Shown piece by piece: positions 8,895-17,228 of a stretch of DNA of 37,532 bases. The position numbers were made by a program, and so were the translations under genes. Under the pieces are notes generated by a model that was given only the letters and a program-made list of their open reading frames with translations, was not told the origin of the DNA and made no database searches. The stretch is from a virus (lineage: Duplodnaviria; Caudoviricetes), in IMG/VR virus record IMGVR_UViG_3300032212_000073, positions 1 to 37,532 of that record. The stretch is one strand, 5' to 3'. Within the stretch, counting starts at the first letter, position 1, and each line of letters opens with the position of its first letter.

Positions 8895-8981
8895 ATTAAG
8901 CATTTTTTAAGTTCTCCCATATTATTATGATTAACATCTTAAAAATATTGGGAGAGGAACATGAAATTTGGGGAAAAGAAT

Positions 8982-9176
8982 ATGAGAAAATTAAAAGAAA
9001 TTATTGTTGGTTTATTATTGGTTGGTTTTTTTACGGCTGGAGTCGCTCAAGTACTTGATACACCGGAAGTTTACATCAGTCAATCAACTGGCGAATGTGT
9101 TGATGTCAAATCGCCAAACAAAAACGACAAATGTGATAATCTACCACAAAGATATTCACAAATCTATGTAAAATAG
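8982..9176 (+). CDS. small secreted or membrane-anchored protein with two Cys
   Basis: MRKLKEIIVGLLLVGFFTAGVAQ is signal-like; alternative start at 8961. Confidence 0.7.
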   Translation: MRKLKEIIVGLLLVGFFTAGVAQVLDTPEVYISQSTGECVDVKSPNKNDKCDNLPQRYSQIYVK

Positions 9177-9199
9177 GACTTTTTACACAAATACTATTG

Positions 9200-9225
9200 A
9201 AAAGCCGACATAAGTTGGCTTTTTT
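9200..9225 (+). terminator. intrinsic terminator
   Basis: aaaagccgac-ataa-gttggctttttt. Confidence 0.8.
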
Positions 9226-9242
9226 GTGCCTGAAATAAACAG

Positions 9243-9271
9243 TTTACAATGTATATTGGCTTTGTTATAAT
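9243..9271 (+). promoter_or_regulatory. sigma70-type early promoter
   Basis: TTTACA-17 nt-TATAAT with extended -10 TG; shares AGTTTACAATGTATAT with the 8669 copy. Confidence 0.8.
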
Positions 9272-9305
9272 GAATACGTTGAATTAATCATTGGGGATTA
9301 AGAAA

Positions 9306-9842
9306 ATGAGTATATGTAAAACTGATATTAAGGGTAAACCATATTTCAAAGTTTCACGAGCATGGAACAAACAAGAAATTCAAAGATTTATTCCGATTGG
9401 CAAAAATGAAGCAAAAGCTTTGAAGGAAGCCACAAAGGAAGATAATTCTTTAGCATCTAGACAATACGCATATAATGAATTGATCAAATTGACAGGAGAA
9501 AAATACTTCCATGCTGATGGATCAATTGTTGGTTTAAATAGAAGATTTGAAGAAAAGAAAGGAAGAAATCCTGTAGAAATTTTCTATATTCGTCTACACA
9601 ACGGTGGTGATGTAAAATACACATCAGTTAGTATTGATCATCATGGTTTTGATTTAGCATTTAAGACAGCAGTTGAAAAAATTGCTGATATTCTTGATCT
9701 AAGTTTAAAAATCAAAAAAATGATGTTTGATGCAAAATGTCATTATGATCCAGATGCTCCCGATGTTCTTATTGAAGAAACATCGGAATCATTATTTGAA
9801 ACTCTATTAAAAGAAGCAAATAAATTTAAAAAACAAAAGTAG
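9306..9842 (+). CDS. putative DNA-binding protein with tandem AP2-like domains
   Basis: Two basic beta-beta-beta-helix segments (FKVSRAWNKQEIQRFI..KALKEA; FYIRLH..SVSIDHHGFDLAFKTAVE); ATG 9306 follows a GGGG RBS. Confidence 0.45.
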   Translation: MSICKTDIKGKPYFKVSRAWNKQEIQRFIPIGKNEAKALKEATKEDNSLASRQYAYNELIKLTGEKYFHADGSIVGLNRRFEEKKGRNPVEIFYIRLHNGGDVKYTSVSIDHHGFDLAFKTAVEKIADILDLSLKIKKMMFDAKCHYDPDAPDVLIEETSESLFETLLKEANKFKKQK

Positions 9843-9872
9843 TTCCTATATAATAAAAATGAAGGAAAGAAA

Positions 9873-10226
9873 ATGACTATAATCAGTATTAAAAGAGATG
9901 ATGCAGTTGAATTATTAGATGCAGCAGTTAAACGCAATAAACCCATTACAATTGTCAAGGATCAAGGTTGCTATGCCATGGTTTTTGGAGATGGTAAAAG
10001 TGTTATGCAATCAATAAATAAGAACAATGTTGTTAAGTATTTTATTGGATTTGATCCCAAAAAGAATGTAGAATGGTATGATAAATCTATTTTTGTTTTT
10101 GGGTATGACGATTTTGGAATGGATATTGATGACATTAAATGGTTTAAAACAATTTTAAAATATCCAGATTGGAAACATCTAAGAGTTCATGTTACAGCAA
10201 AATCAATTAAACTATCTGTTAAATAG
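9873..10226 (+). CDS. DUF3085-like protein
   Basis: IVKDQGCY...GFDP..WYD....GYDDFG matches the recalled DUF3085 pattern (VkDhGvY..GcdP..GgDDF). Confidence 0.6.
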   Translation: MTIISIKRDDAVELLDAAVKRNKPITIVKDQGCYAMVFGDGKSVMQSINKNNVVKYFIGFDPKKNVEWYDKSIFVFGYDDFGMDIDDIKWFKTILKYPDWKHLRVHVTAKSIKLSVK

Positions 10227-10234
10227 GAAATATT

Positions 10235-10480
10235 ATGAGTGAAGAAAATAAAACTGATGAAGAAATTGTTAGAGAGATTAAAATGTTTGGTTGCACTATT
10301 GAGCAATTAAATGAAGGAGCAAATTTAACGATTGCAATTGGTGGTCCTGACCAAGCTAATGGAATGTTGACAATGTCAATTTTATCAGATGCGCAGGAAG
10401 TGCTTAAAAATGATCCTGAAACAGCTCGGCAATTTATCAATCGAGCAAAATATCTCATATCTGAGAAATGGATGAAGTAA
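10235..10480 (+). CDS. hypothetical phage protein
   Basis: 81-aa ORF with AGGA RBS; last gene before the terminator. Confidence 0.7.
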   Translation: MSEENKTDEEIVREIKMFGCTIEQLNEGANLTIAIGGPDQANGMLTMSILSDAQEVLKNDPETARQFINRAKYLISEKWMK

Positions 10481-10496
10481 TAATTTTTCTTTATGC

Positions 10497-10533
10497 ATAA
10501 AAAAAGCCAGATATAAAATCTGGCTTTTTTATT
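10497..10533. terminator. bidirectional intrinsic terminator between convergent units
   Basis: ataaaaaaagccagat-ataaa-atctggcttttttatt; additional hairpin ctaactc-ctaa-gagttag at 10550-10567. Confidence 0.85.
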
Positions 10534-10587
10534 GCTTTGAACTTTAATCCTAACTCCTAAGAGTTAGAATCAATACCAAATTAGCGA

Positions 10588-11979
10588 TTAGGCTAAAACA
10601 GTATTTGCAAAGTTAACACCGAACGAACGAGCGTACGTCTTAGCACGATCATTTGAAGTTGGTGAAGATACACCTGGGATAGTATCTAAAGCGTAACGAG
10701 TCTTAGCAATAACCGCTGGCTGACCAGAATCTTGGTTAGTTACTTTAGTAAAACTCATTGGAACGTATGGAGCGAAGAAGCCCATAGCATCACGACGGTC
10801 CATACCTTTATAAAGTACAGTACAGTAGTCAGATGCAGCATACTGATCAACAACAACTTTAAAACGACCATCATAAGTACCAGCGATACCACCAGAAACT
10901 GGTTGTTTAACACCACTTACTGACTCAGCAGCTTTGAAAGTACCAACTTGCTCTAACATTGTAGCAACTTTAGGCGAAACAACAAGAACGTTACCTTGTC
11001 CACGCTTAGTTTCTAAACCAATTTGAGCAGCTTCTTTAGCAATACGAATTGCTTGTACGCGATATTTTTCAATTTCCCAACGACCTGAACCATCAGTTGA
11101 ATCAGCAGTAAATGCAGTATCAGCTAATTGAGTAGCATTTGCATTAACAAAATCAACTACTTCACGATCAAGTTCTGATTGCATTTCATAAGACATAAGA
11201 CCCATGATTTCTTCATCAGCTGCTAAACCATGCTGTGATTTAAGATCTTGGTACATCTCAACAGTATATTGACCTTTTAAAGCACGTGATTTTGCTTCAA
11301 CGGTTTTCTTACCGATAGAGAAACCAACTTCTTTCATATCTTTAGCTAACGCTTCAGCTTGAGCAGTTGTATAAGAACCTGTGTAGTTCTTTAAGATGTA
11401 GTTGAATGCAGCTTCATTAGTAAAAGTAGCATTGATTGTTACAACGTCATCGTCCTGTAAAGTAAAACCAGTTACAGTTTCAGTTGCTGCAAAAACACCA
11501 GCTGTAATTGAAACAAGTACTTTAAAACCAGATGCGAAGTCACCTTCAACATAAAGTACAGTACCAGTACCAGTACCAGATGAAGCGATTGAATCACCTT
11601 CAGTTGGAACAACTTCTAGAACTGTATCAACACCACCAGTAGCACCAATTTCTAAAATAACAGTTGCAGCATTTGCTGGAGCACCATTATTACCAGTACC
11701 AACAAAACGGTTAGTTAACGCATAAATGTAACCAGTAGGCATAGCCATTGGTTGAACACCTAAGATTTCATTTGCAATTAAGTTAGGGTATGTACGTCTA
11801 ACTAAAGGCATTAAGATTGGCGTAAACTGAGCAACATCACCAGATAGAGTACCTTCGGCAATTATCTTGTTTTGCTCAACATCAGCGTTCTCAAGCATAA
11901 GTTTCATAGCTGCAGAATCAGAAGCAGTCAATGGAGTATACTTAGAACTTTCAATTAATGCTTGAATATTTTCTTCCAT
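10588..11979 (-). CDS. gp23: major capsid protein (T4 gp23 family)
   Basis: LMPLVRRTYPNLIANEILGVQPM, KTVEAKSRALK, QDLKSQHGL, FFAPYVPM, KTRYAL. Confidence 0.97.
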   Translation of the reverse strand: MEENIQALIESSKYTPLTASDSAAMKLMLENADVEQNKIIAEGTLSGDVAQFTPILMPLVRRTYPNLIANEILGVQPMAMPTGYIYALTNRFVGTGNNGAPANAATVILEIGATGGVDTVLEVVPTEGDSIASSGTGTGTVLYVEGDFASGFKVLVSITAGVFAATETVTGFTLQDDDVVTINATFTNEAAFNYILKNYTGSYTTAQAEALAKDMKEVGFSIGKKTVEAKSRALKGQYTVEMYQDLKSQHGLAADEEIMGLMSYEMQSELDREVVDFVNANATQLADTAFTADSTDGSGRWEIEKYRVQAIRIAKEAAQIGLETKRGQGNVLVVSPKVATMLEQVGTFKAAESVSGVKQPVSGGIAGTYDGRFKVVVDQYAASDYCTVLYKGMDRRDAMGFFAPYVPMSFTKVTNQDSGQPAVIAKTRYALDTIPGVSSPTSNDRAKTYARSFGVNFANTVLA

Positions 11980-12012
11980 TTTAAAATTCTCCTATTTAAA
12001 ATTTTATTAATT

Positions 12013-12026
12013 TATTTATATTTATA
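12013..12026 (-). promoter_or_regulatory. two overlapping late promoters TATAAATA upstream of gp23
   Basis: TATTTATA at 12013-12020 and 12019-12026 on the + strand. Confidence 0.75.
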
Positions 12027-12042
12027 ATTTTGAAAAGATAAA

Positions 12043-12771
12043 TTATACTAAGTGTGCCCAAGCAGGCTTCTTAACATCATCTTTTTCGCTGTCATCTACA
12101 GATTCAGAAAGATCTTCATCTTCTACAACACCTTTAATCGATTCTTTAATTGTTTCTAATTTACCAGCGAATTCTTCATCCTTAGTAAATTCAACAAGAC
12201 CGGCAAGTTTTTCAAACTTTTCAGCTTCCACAATTGAAAGACCTTCCTTCATTTCATTAACAACACCCATTTTAATAAGTGTTTCATTTTCATCTTTAAG
12301 ACCGATATTCTCTTCAACAAGTGAATCATATTTTTCAACAGACTCATCTAATTTTTTCTGAACATCACTGTCATCTTTTGCTTCAACGATCTTAGAAACT
12401 TCAACGCCAGTAGCAATAAGCATACTATCGAAAGCTTCAATAATCATATCTGCTTTTTCAGATTTGATTGATTCATCAAGAGCGCCTTTAGCATCCTTAA
12501 GAAATTCTTCAACAACTCTTTCTAAATACTTGTCTAATGATTCAATAAGTTCTTGTGTTTTTAACTCAACGTATTGATCAGCTTTTTCATTTAAGAAATC
12601 GATGTGCTCTTCAGACTTTTCATTTAGAGAGTCAACCTTTTCATCAATTTTTTCAGAAGCAATAGATGCTGCTTTTGCTTCTACAGCTTCATTGAATTGA
12701 GCTTCTAAAGACTCTTTCAATTCTTTTGTAAAAACATTCTCATCTAGTGATTCAAACAATTTTTCTAACAT
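12043..12771 (-). CDS. gp22: prohead core scaffold protein
   Basis: Acidic coiled coil, LDKYLERVVEEF; located between protease and capsid genes. Confidence 0.85.
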   Translation of the reverse strand: MLEKLFESLDENVFTKELKESLEAQFNEAVEAKAASIASEKIDEKVDSLNEKSEEHIDFLNEKADQYVELKTQELIESLDKYLERVVEEFLKDAKGALDESIKSEKADMIIEAFDSMLIATGVEVSKIVEAKDDSDVQKKLDESVEKYDSLVEENIGLKDENETLIKMGVVNEMKEGLSIVEAEKFEKLAGLVEFTKDEEFAGKLETIKESIKGVVEDEDLSESVDDSEKDDVKKPAWAHLV

Positions 12772-12795
12772 GTTTCATCTCCTTTGTTTTTTAAT

Positions 12796-12803
12796 TATTT
12801 ATA
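12796..12803 (-). promoter_or_regulatory. late promoter TATAAATA
   Basis: Exact consensus upstream of gp22. Confidence 0.75.
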
Positions 12804-12830
12804 AAAATAATAGATTTATTTGAAAATCTA

Positions 12831-13526
12831 TTATTCACCCTTTAACTCATTTAAAATTTGAGTAAATTTTTCTTTAACTGCATTGCCAATATCTTCTTTT
12901 TCAAAGATATCGCATTCGCCAGAGCACTCTGTAATAGGAACTATTTTACCAGCTTCATCGATGCTAAACGTTAAATCTTCAATAACACCTTCATTTAATT
13001 GATATGATTCAACCAAACCATTCATAGAAGCGTTATAATCTGATGGAGCAGCAACAATGTCGTATGTTACAAGTTTAAAACTTTCAACAATTCCATTCTT
13101 AACAGCACCAACACCACGACTTGAAACCGATACTTTAATATCATTATCAATAAGTGTTTTTAATTGGTTTGCTTTCTCATTATCAAGAAGAACAGCTTCA
13201 CCCATTACAAATTTACCTTGAATATCTAATTTTGTAATTTTTGCAACTGCTTCCATTGGATCAACATTAGTTCTAGCAGGATGTTCCCACTCCATTAATG
13301 TATTAATTGATCCGGTTGAAAAGTTATCTTGGTATTTATCTACTTCATTTTCCCAAAGCTGCTTAGGATAAACACGACCATTGCGATTTTTTTCACCAAT
13401 AGTACTAAAAGTTCCTTTTATTTTATATTGCTTTGATGACACGCCTGTCGCTTCATTCATTGTTTCTTCAACAATAAATTCTGGCGATGCATCAATGTCA
13501 TACATTAACTTTACATTTTTGTCCAT
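12831..13526 (-). CDS. gp21: prohead protease
   Basis: NRNGRVYP, EWEHP, VSSRGVG, YDIVAAPS. Confidence 0.95.
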   Translation of the reverse strand: MDKNVKLMYDIDASPEFIVEETMNEATGVSSKQYKIKGTFSTIGEKNRNGRVYPKQLWENEVDKYQDNFSTGSINTLMEWEHPARTNVDPMEAVAKITKLDIQGKFVMGEAVLLDNEKANQLKTLIDNDIKVSVSSRGVGAVKNGIVESFKLVTYDIVAAPSDYNASMNGLVESYQLNEGVIEDLTFSIDEAGKIVPITECSGECDIFEKEDIGNAVKEKFTQILNELKGE

Positions 13527-13541
13527 AAATTACTCCAATAT

Positions 13542-13727
13542 TTATTCTTTAGAGCTGTTGATCTCATTATATGACGCTTTTGCAGATTGAATTCTATCGA
13601 ATTCTGCGGCATATGTTGCTGAAATTTCATGATTTGCCATTTTAGAACTTAGTTCATTTTTAACAGCACTTGCAAAATTGCTATATTTCTTATCAACAGC
13701 ATTACTAATAGTTTCTTTATCTAACAT
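13542..13727 (-). CDS. small prohead core protein candidate (gp67/68 position)
   Basis: 61 aa, helical, AAGGA RBS, late promoter; synteny with gp21. Confidence 0.5.
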   Translation of the reverse strand: MLDKETISNAVDKKYSNFASAVKNELSSKMANHEISATYAAEFDRIQSAKASYNEINSSKE

Positions 13728-13743
13728 AATGTTTCCTTTCTAT

Positions 13744-13751
13744 TATTTATA
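13744..13751 (-). promoter_or_regulatory. late promoter TATAAATA
   Basis: Exact consensus in the intergenic gap. Confidence 0.75.
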
Positions 13752-13752
13752 A

Positions 13753-14322
13753 TTATTTGTTTTGTTTCTTTCTTTTATAACCGTTCTTGGATTTACCTTT
13801 TGATTTAGCCATTTGAAACATCTCTGACGCCGTAAATCGACCTTTTGTAAATGTTTCAGTTCTTAATCTTGCCATATCCATCAATTGATAATTAGGAATG
13901 ATGACACCCTGCTTACCAAATCTTCTATTAATATATAAACGAATACATGGTGCATAACCCAATGATCTTAGCATTGGCTTCAGATCTTTATAACTAAACT
14001 GTAGTGGCTTTCTTTGCCTAATATTTGCAGCATTCATTTGCATAATATGTTTAACTAAATTGATGCGCATGCTGAAAGGAATCCAGTGGAAGTTTAATCC
14101 TAATGTATGTGTCTTATTTCGTCTTAGAATTAAAACTAGAGGTGTTCGATCGTATGTTTGTGTTTTATCTTTGGCATTATACGCTGAGAAAATTAAATGT
14201 CCGGGCTTTAATTCATTGCTCTTCATTGGACGTTTTCTTTTTAACAATGCTTTCACCTGTGCTAACGATTCAGCAGGTGTTAATTCTTTAATTTTTTTAT
14301 GTAATTTTGGTTTTCTAGCCAT
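13753..14322 (-). CDS. gp2: DNA end protector protein
   Basis: YNAKDK..YDRTPLVL, LGLNFHWIP, PCIRLY; very basic. Confidence 0.8.
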   Translation of the reverse strand: MARKPKLHKKIKELTPAESLAQVKALLKRKRPMKSNELKPGHLIFSAYNAKDKTQTYDRTPLVLILRRNKTHTLGLNFHWIPFSMRINLVKHIMQMNAANIRQRKPLQFSYKDLKPMLRSLGYAPCIRLYINRRFGKQGVIIPNYQLMDMARLRTETFTKGRFTASEMFQMAKSKGKSKNGYKRKKQNK

Positions 14323-14333
14323 ATATGAATCCT

Positions 14334-14360
14334 AAAAATGAATCCTCCGAAGAGGATTCA
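14334..14360 (-). terminator. C(UUCG)G tetraloop terminator after tail tube gene
   Basis: Minus strand reads tgaatcctc-ttcg-gaggattca-ttttt. Confidence 0.85.
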
Positions 14361-14367
14361 CCATAGA

Positions 14368-14949
14368 TTAACCAGCTACATCATTTAATGAAGCTGCATT
14401 ACCAGCTGCTGGATCATTTAATTCACCATCACCAACAACCCAATCAGTAAAGCTGAATGTAATATCGAATTCTTGAACGGTATCAACTTGATCATCACCA
14501 ACTGCTAACTCACCAACTTCCTGTACGAATACATTATGGAAAGTATATTTTGCTGTTGGATTACCAGCTGAATCTAATTGTTCAACAGATAGTTCACCCA
14601 TAAGAGCTGCTGGATTACCAGAATGCTCGTTATTTTGGAAATGATCTGCTGATTTCATCCAAGAAATCATATCTTTTCTTAAAGCATGATCTTCTGTGTT
14701 ATAGAATGTTAATGTCCATGCATTTGTATATGTTGTATCACCCGGTAAAATAAGTTTTCTTCCTTGATTAAACACTTCGATTTGACCAAGAGTCATCGCA
14801 GGAAAATTACTTGCTTTACATAGAGCATCAACTTGTTGTAAATTAGACGTTACAGGTACAGCAGCAGGTACAGAAAAATTAACTCTGTATTTATTAGCTC
14901 TTGCGCCAGCGCCTAAAGCGTTTTTCAATTCCGCTAAACGATTCGCCAT
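14368..14949 (-). CDS. gp19: tail tube protein
   Basis: GARANKYRV, LCKASNFP, GRKLILPGDTTY..WTLTFYN, EFDITFSF; own late promoter and terminator. Confidence 0.9.
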   Translation of the reverse strand: MANRLAELKNALGAGARANKYRVNFSVPAAVPVTSNLQQVDALCKASNFPAMTLGQIEVFNQGRKLILPGDTTYTNAWTLTFYNTEDHALRKDMISWMKSADHFQNNEHSGNPAALMGELSVEQLDSAGNPTAKYTFHNVFVQEVGELAVGDDQVDTVQEFDITFSFTDWVVGDGELNDPAAGNAASLNDVAG

Positions 14950-14988
14950 GTTTGTATCTCCTTATAAAAAATTTTGTTATTTTTAGAT

Positions 14989-14996
14989 TATTTATA
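14989..14996 (-). promoter_or_regulatory. late promoter TATAAATA
   Basis: Exact consensus upstream of gp19. Confidence 0.75.
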
Positions 14997-15001
14997 TTAT
15001 T

Positions 15002-15757
15002 TTACTCTATCAAAGCTTCAATACCATATCTGATATCTCTAAAATCATCGCCAAGTAGAGTATCAACTACCGTGTCACCAAAAGATTCATTAGATAATGG
15101 CTCAAATTCACTAAATGCGAATGTCACATTAAACTCTGATAATGTATTTTCATCACCGTCATCCAAAGTAACAATTCCTATTGAACTAGGAAATGCATTT
15201 TGTAATTTATAACCATAAACTTTAGTACCCTTTGACGATAATTGCCAAACATTAATATCTGTTTGGTATTTTGCAATAGATGCTGCAGAGCCCTCATCAA
15301 TTAAACCTAGGAAGAATCCTCCCAAAGTTTCTTCTGGTTCCTCTATAGCATTTTTTATTTGATTCGTCAATTCAATACCAGATTGAACAGTATTTAAAAG
15401 AGATCCAATTCCATCTTCATAAGATGCCCCACTAAAAATACCGTTATTCTTTGGTTTTGAATTATCAACCTTTTTAGCCCATTTATCAAATGTCTTTCTA
15501 ATAGCCATATCAGAATCATCGAGAATGGAAACTTCATATGTTCCAACAAAATCAGTTTCACCTCTAACATTATATTTTCTACCTTTATGAAACATTTCAG
15601 TAGTAGTCATATTTCTTTCCGGCAGCCCGGCAGATCTGGCAAGAATGTTTATCTTCTCGCCCTCAATTCCTGGGATAGGAATTTCAATCAAATATTTGTT
15701 TTTTCTAAGACCAAGACCGGGTCCTAGATGTTTTTTCAAATCACTTATACTAAACAT
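15002..15757 (-). CDS. gp19-fold tail tube paralog
   Basis: RKNKYLIEI, LARSAGLP, GRKYNVRGE, YKLQNAFP, EFNVTFAF, with a central insertion. Confidence 0.75.
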   Translation of the reverse strand: MFSISDLKKHLGPGLGLRKNKYLIEIPIPGIEGEKINILARSAGLPERNMTTTEMFHKGRKYNVRGETDFVGTYEVSILDDSDMAIRKTFDKWAKKVDNSKPKNNGIFSGASYEDGIGSLLNTVQSGIELTNQIKNAIEEPEETLGGFFLGLIDEGSAASIAKYQTDINVWQLSSKGTKVYGYKLQNAFPSSIGIVTLDDGDENTLSEFNVTFAFSEFEPLSNESFGDTVVDTLLGDDFRDIRYGIEALIE

Positions 15758-15766
15758 ATGTTATCC

Positions 15767-16630
15767 TTAATTTGTTTGGCCGGCAGATGAATGTACTCTA
15801 TCATGAATTGTTTCATCCATGTGATCAGGACCTAAACCACCAGAGATTGCATCATCATCTTTCTTACTTGTTATTTGTGGTGATGTATCTTTCGAATCAC
15901 CTTTAGCCCATGAATTTAATTCATTCAAGGTATCACCAACACTATCCTTAACAAAACCATTGATTGCATTACCGACTGTTGCTAATGTACCAGTAACAAG
16001 TGCTTTAGATGCATCCTGAAGTTTACCATATAGCACGTCAATAAAGTTACCTTCCTTTCCTTTGAGTACTTCTAGGGTGAAATAACTATATGAGAATGTA
16101 ACCGAAAATTCCTGAACTTGGCCAACTGATTCATAACTATATTGAACCGGTGCGATTTCTGTAGGAAATACATTATAGAGCGTATAAACTGCTGTATTAT
16201 TTTCATCATCAAAATCTCTTTGATAGATTTTAATTGTTGTTGTATAGTTTTTATTTGTACTATGTTTTTTCTGAGTTGTTGTTAAATGAGCCTGTGTAGT
16301 TGGATCCATATAATTATGCTTTTGATCCAATGCTTCAATCCAATTCTCAAATGCGTTTTTAAGCAAATGATCTTGTGTTAAATGGAATGTACATTCCCAT
16401 GATTGTGTATATTTTATTTGACCTTTTATTGGTATTGAACGACCCTTGTACTTAAAATCTATAGTTTCATGTGTCTTTCCTGGGAAAGATGTAGTTTTGG
16501 CCATAATCAATACATCTTCAGCAGTTGGTGCAGAATCTGGGTTAGTAAATTCAAAAAATAACTCAAATTTTGTTGCTCTGGCACCATCACCAATAGTTCT
16601 TTCTAAAATATTTTGTACAATTGAAGACAT
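15767..16630 (-). CDS. gp19-fold tail tube paralog (gp54-like initiator candidate)
   Basis: GARATKFEL, AKTTSFPG, GRSIPIKG, YTLYNVFP, EFSVTFSY, plus a C-terminal extension. Confidence 0.75.
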   Translation of the reverse strand: MSSIVQNILERTIGDGARATKFELFFEFTNPDSAPTAEDVLIMAKTTSFPGKTHETIDFKYKGRSIPIKGQIKYTQSWECTFHLTQDHLLKNAFENWIEALDQKHNYMDPTTQAHLTTTQKKHSTNKNYTTTIKIYQRDFDDENNTAVYTLYNVFPTEIAPVQYSYESVGQVQEFSVTFSYSYFTLEVLKGKEGNFIDVLYGKLQDASKALVTGTLATVGNAINGFVKDSVGDTLNELNSWAKGDSKDTSPQITSKKDDDAISGGLGPDHMDETIHDRVHSSAGQTN

Positions 16631-16650
16631 AAAAACTCCTTTCTTTTCTA

Positions 16651-16677
16651 TATTTATATCTAAAAGAAGTATAAATA
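16651..16677. promoter_or_regulatory. back-to-back divergent late promoters
   Basis: TATTTATA at 16651-16658 (minus-strand promoter) and TATAAATA at 16670-16677 (plus). Confidence 0.8.
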
Positions 16678-16700
16678 TTAATTATTGAAGGGAGCATGTA

Positions 16701-17219
16701 ATGGATTTTGCTAAAGGTTTACTTAAAGCATATGAGACTAAATGGTCATATGTTAACACATTTAATGTGCATATACAGTTTGCTGATGCCATTAAAAAAG
16801 AAATACAATGGACAAATGCGGATGAAGAGAATATTAATCTAAATATTATAAGTATAGATACCCCTCAATTTACAAACCAATCAATTGATGTTTTTATTGG
16901 TGATAGATGGAAAACGCATAATGGTCGAGATGAATTATATAGATTTAGCATAACATTTAGAGATCAAGATCAAATGTTGTTCTATAAGAAATTTGTTAAA
17001 GCATATTTTTATCAGCAGAAGAATTATTTCGACAAAGTTAAAATGTCAGTTATATTGTCAAAGGACCCTGACTATTGGGATGAAGAAAATAGGCAAATAT
17101 TTGAGTTTCAGGATGCAATGATTGAAAGTGTATCTCAAGTTCAATTTAACAATACTACCGAAGCACAAATAGCTGAATTTACAGTACAACTTAAGTGTAC
17201 ACTACCACTTTTAAAATAA
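16701..17219 (+). CDS. divergent gp19-fold tail/baseplate protein
   Basis: SIDTPQF, FSITFRD, VQFNN..QIAEFTVQL pattern resembles tube-fold proteins. Confidence 0.55.
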   Translation: MDFAKGLLKAYETKWSYVNTFNVHIQFADAIKKEIQWTNADEENINLNIISIDTPQFTNQSIDVFIGDRWKTHNGRDELYRFSITFRDQDQMLFYKKFVKAYFYQQKNYFDKVKMSVILSKDPDYWDEENRQIFEFQDAMIESVSQVQFNNTTEAQIAEFTVQLKCTLPLLK

Positions 17220-17228
17220 GGTTTATAA

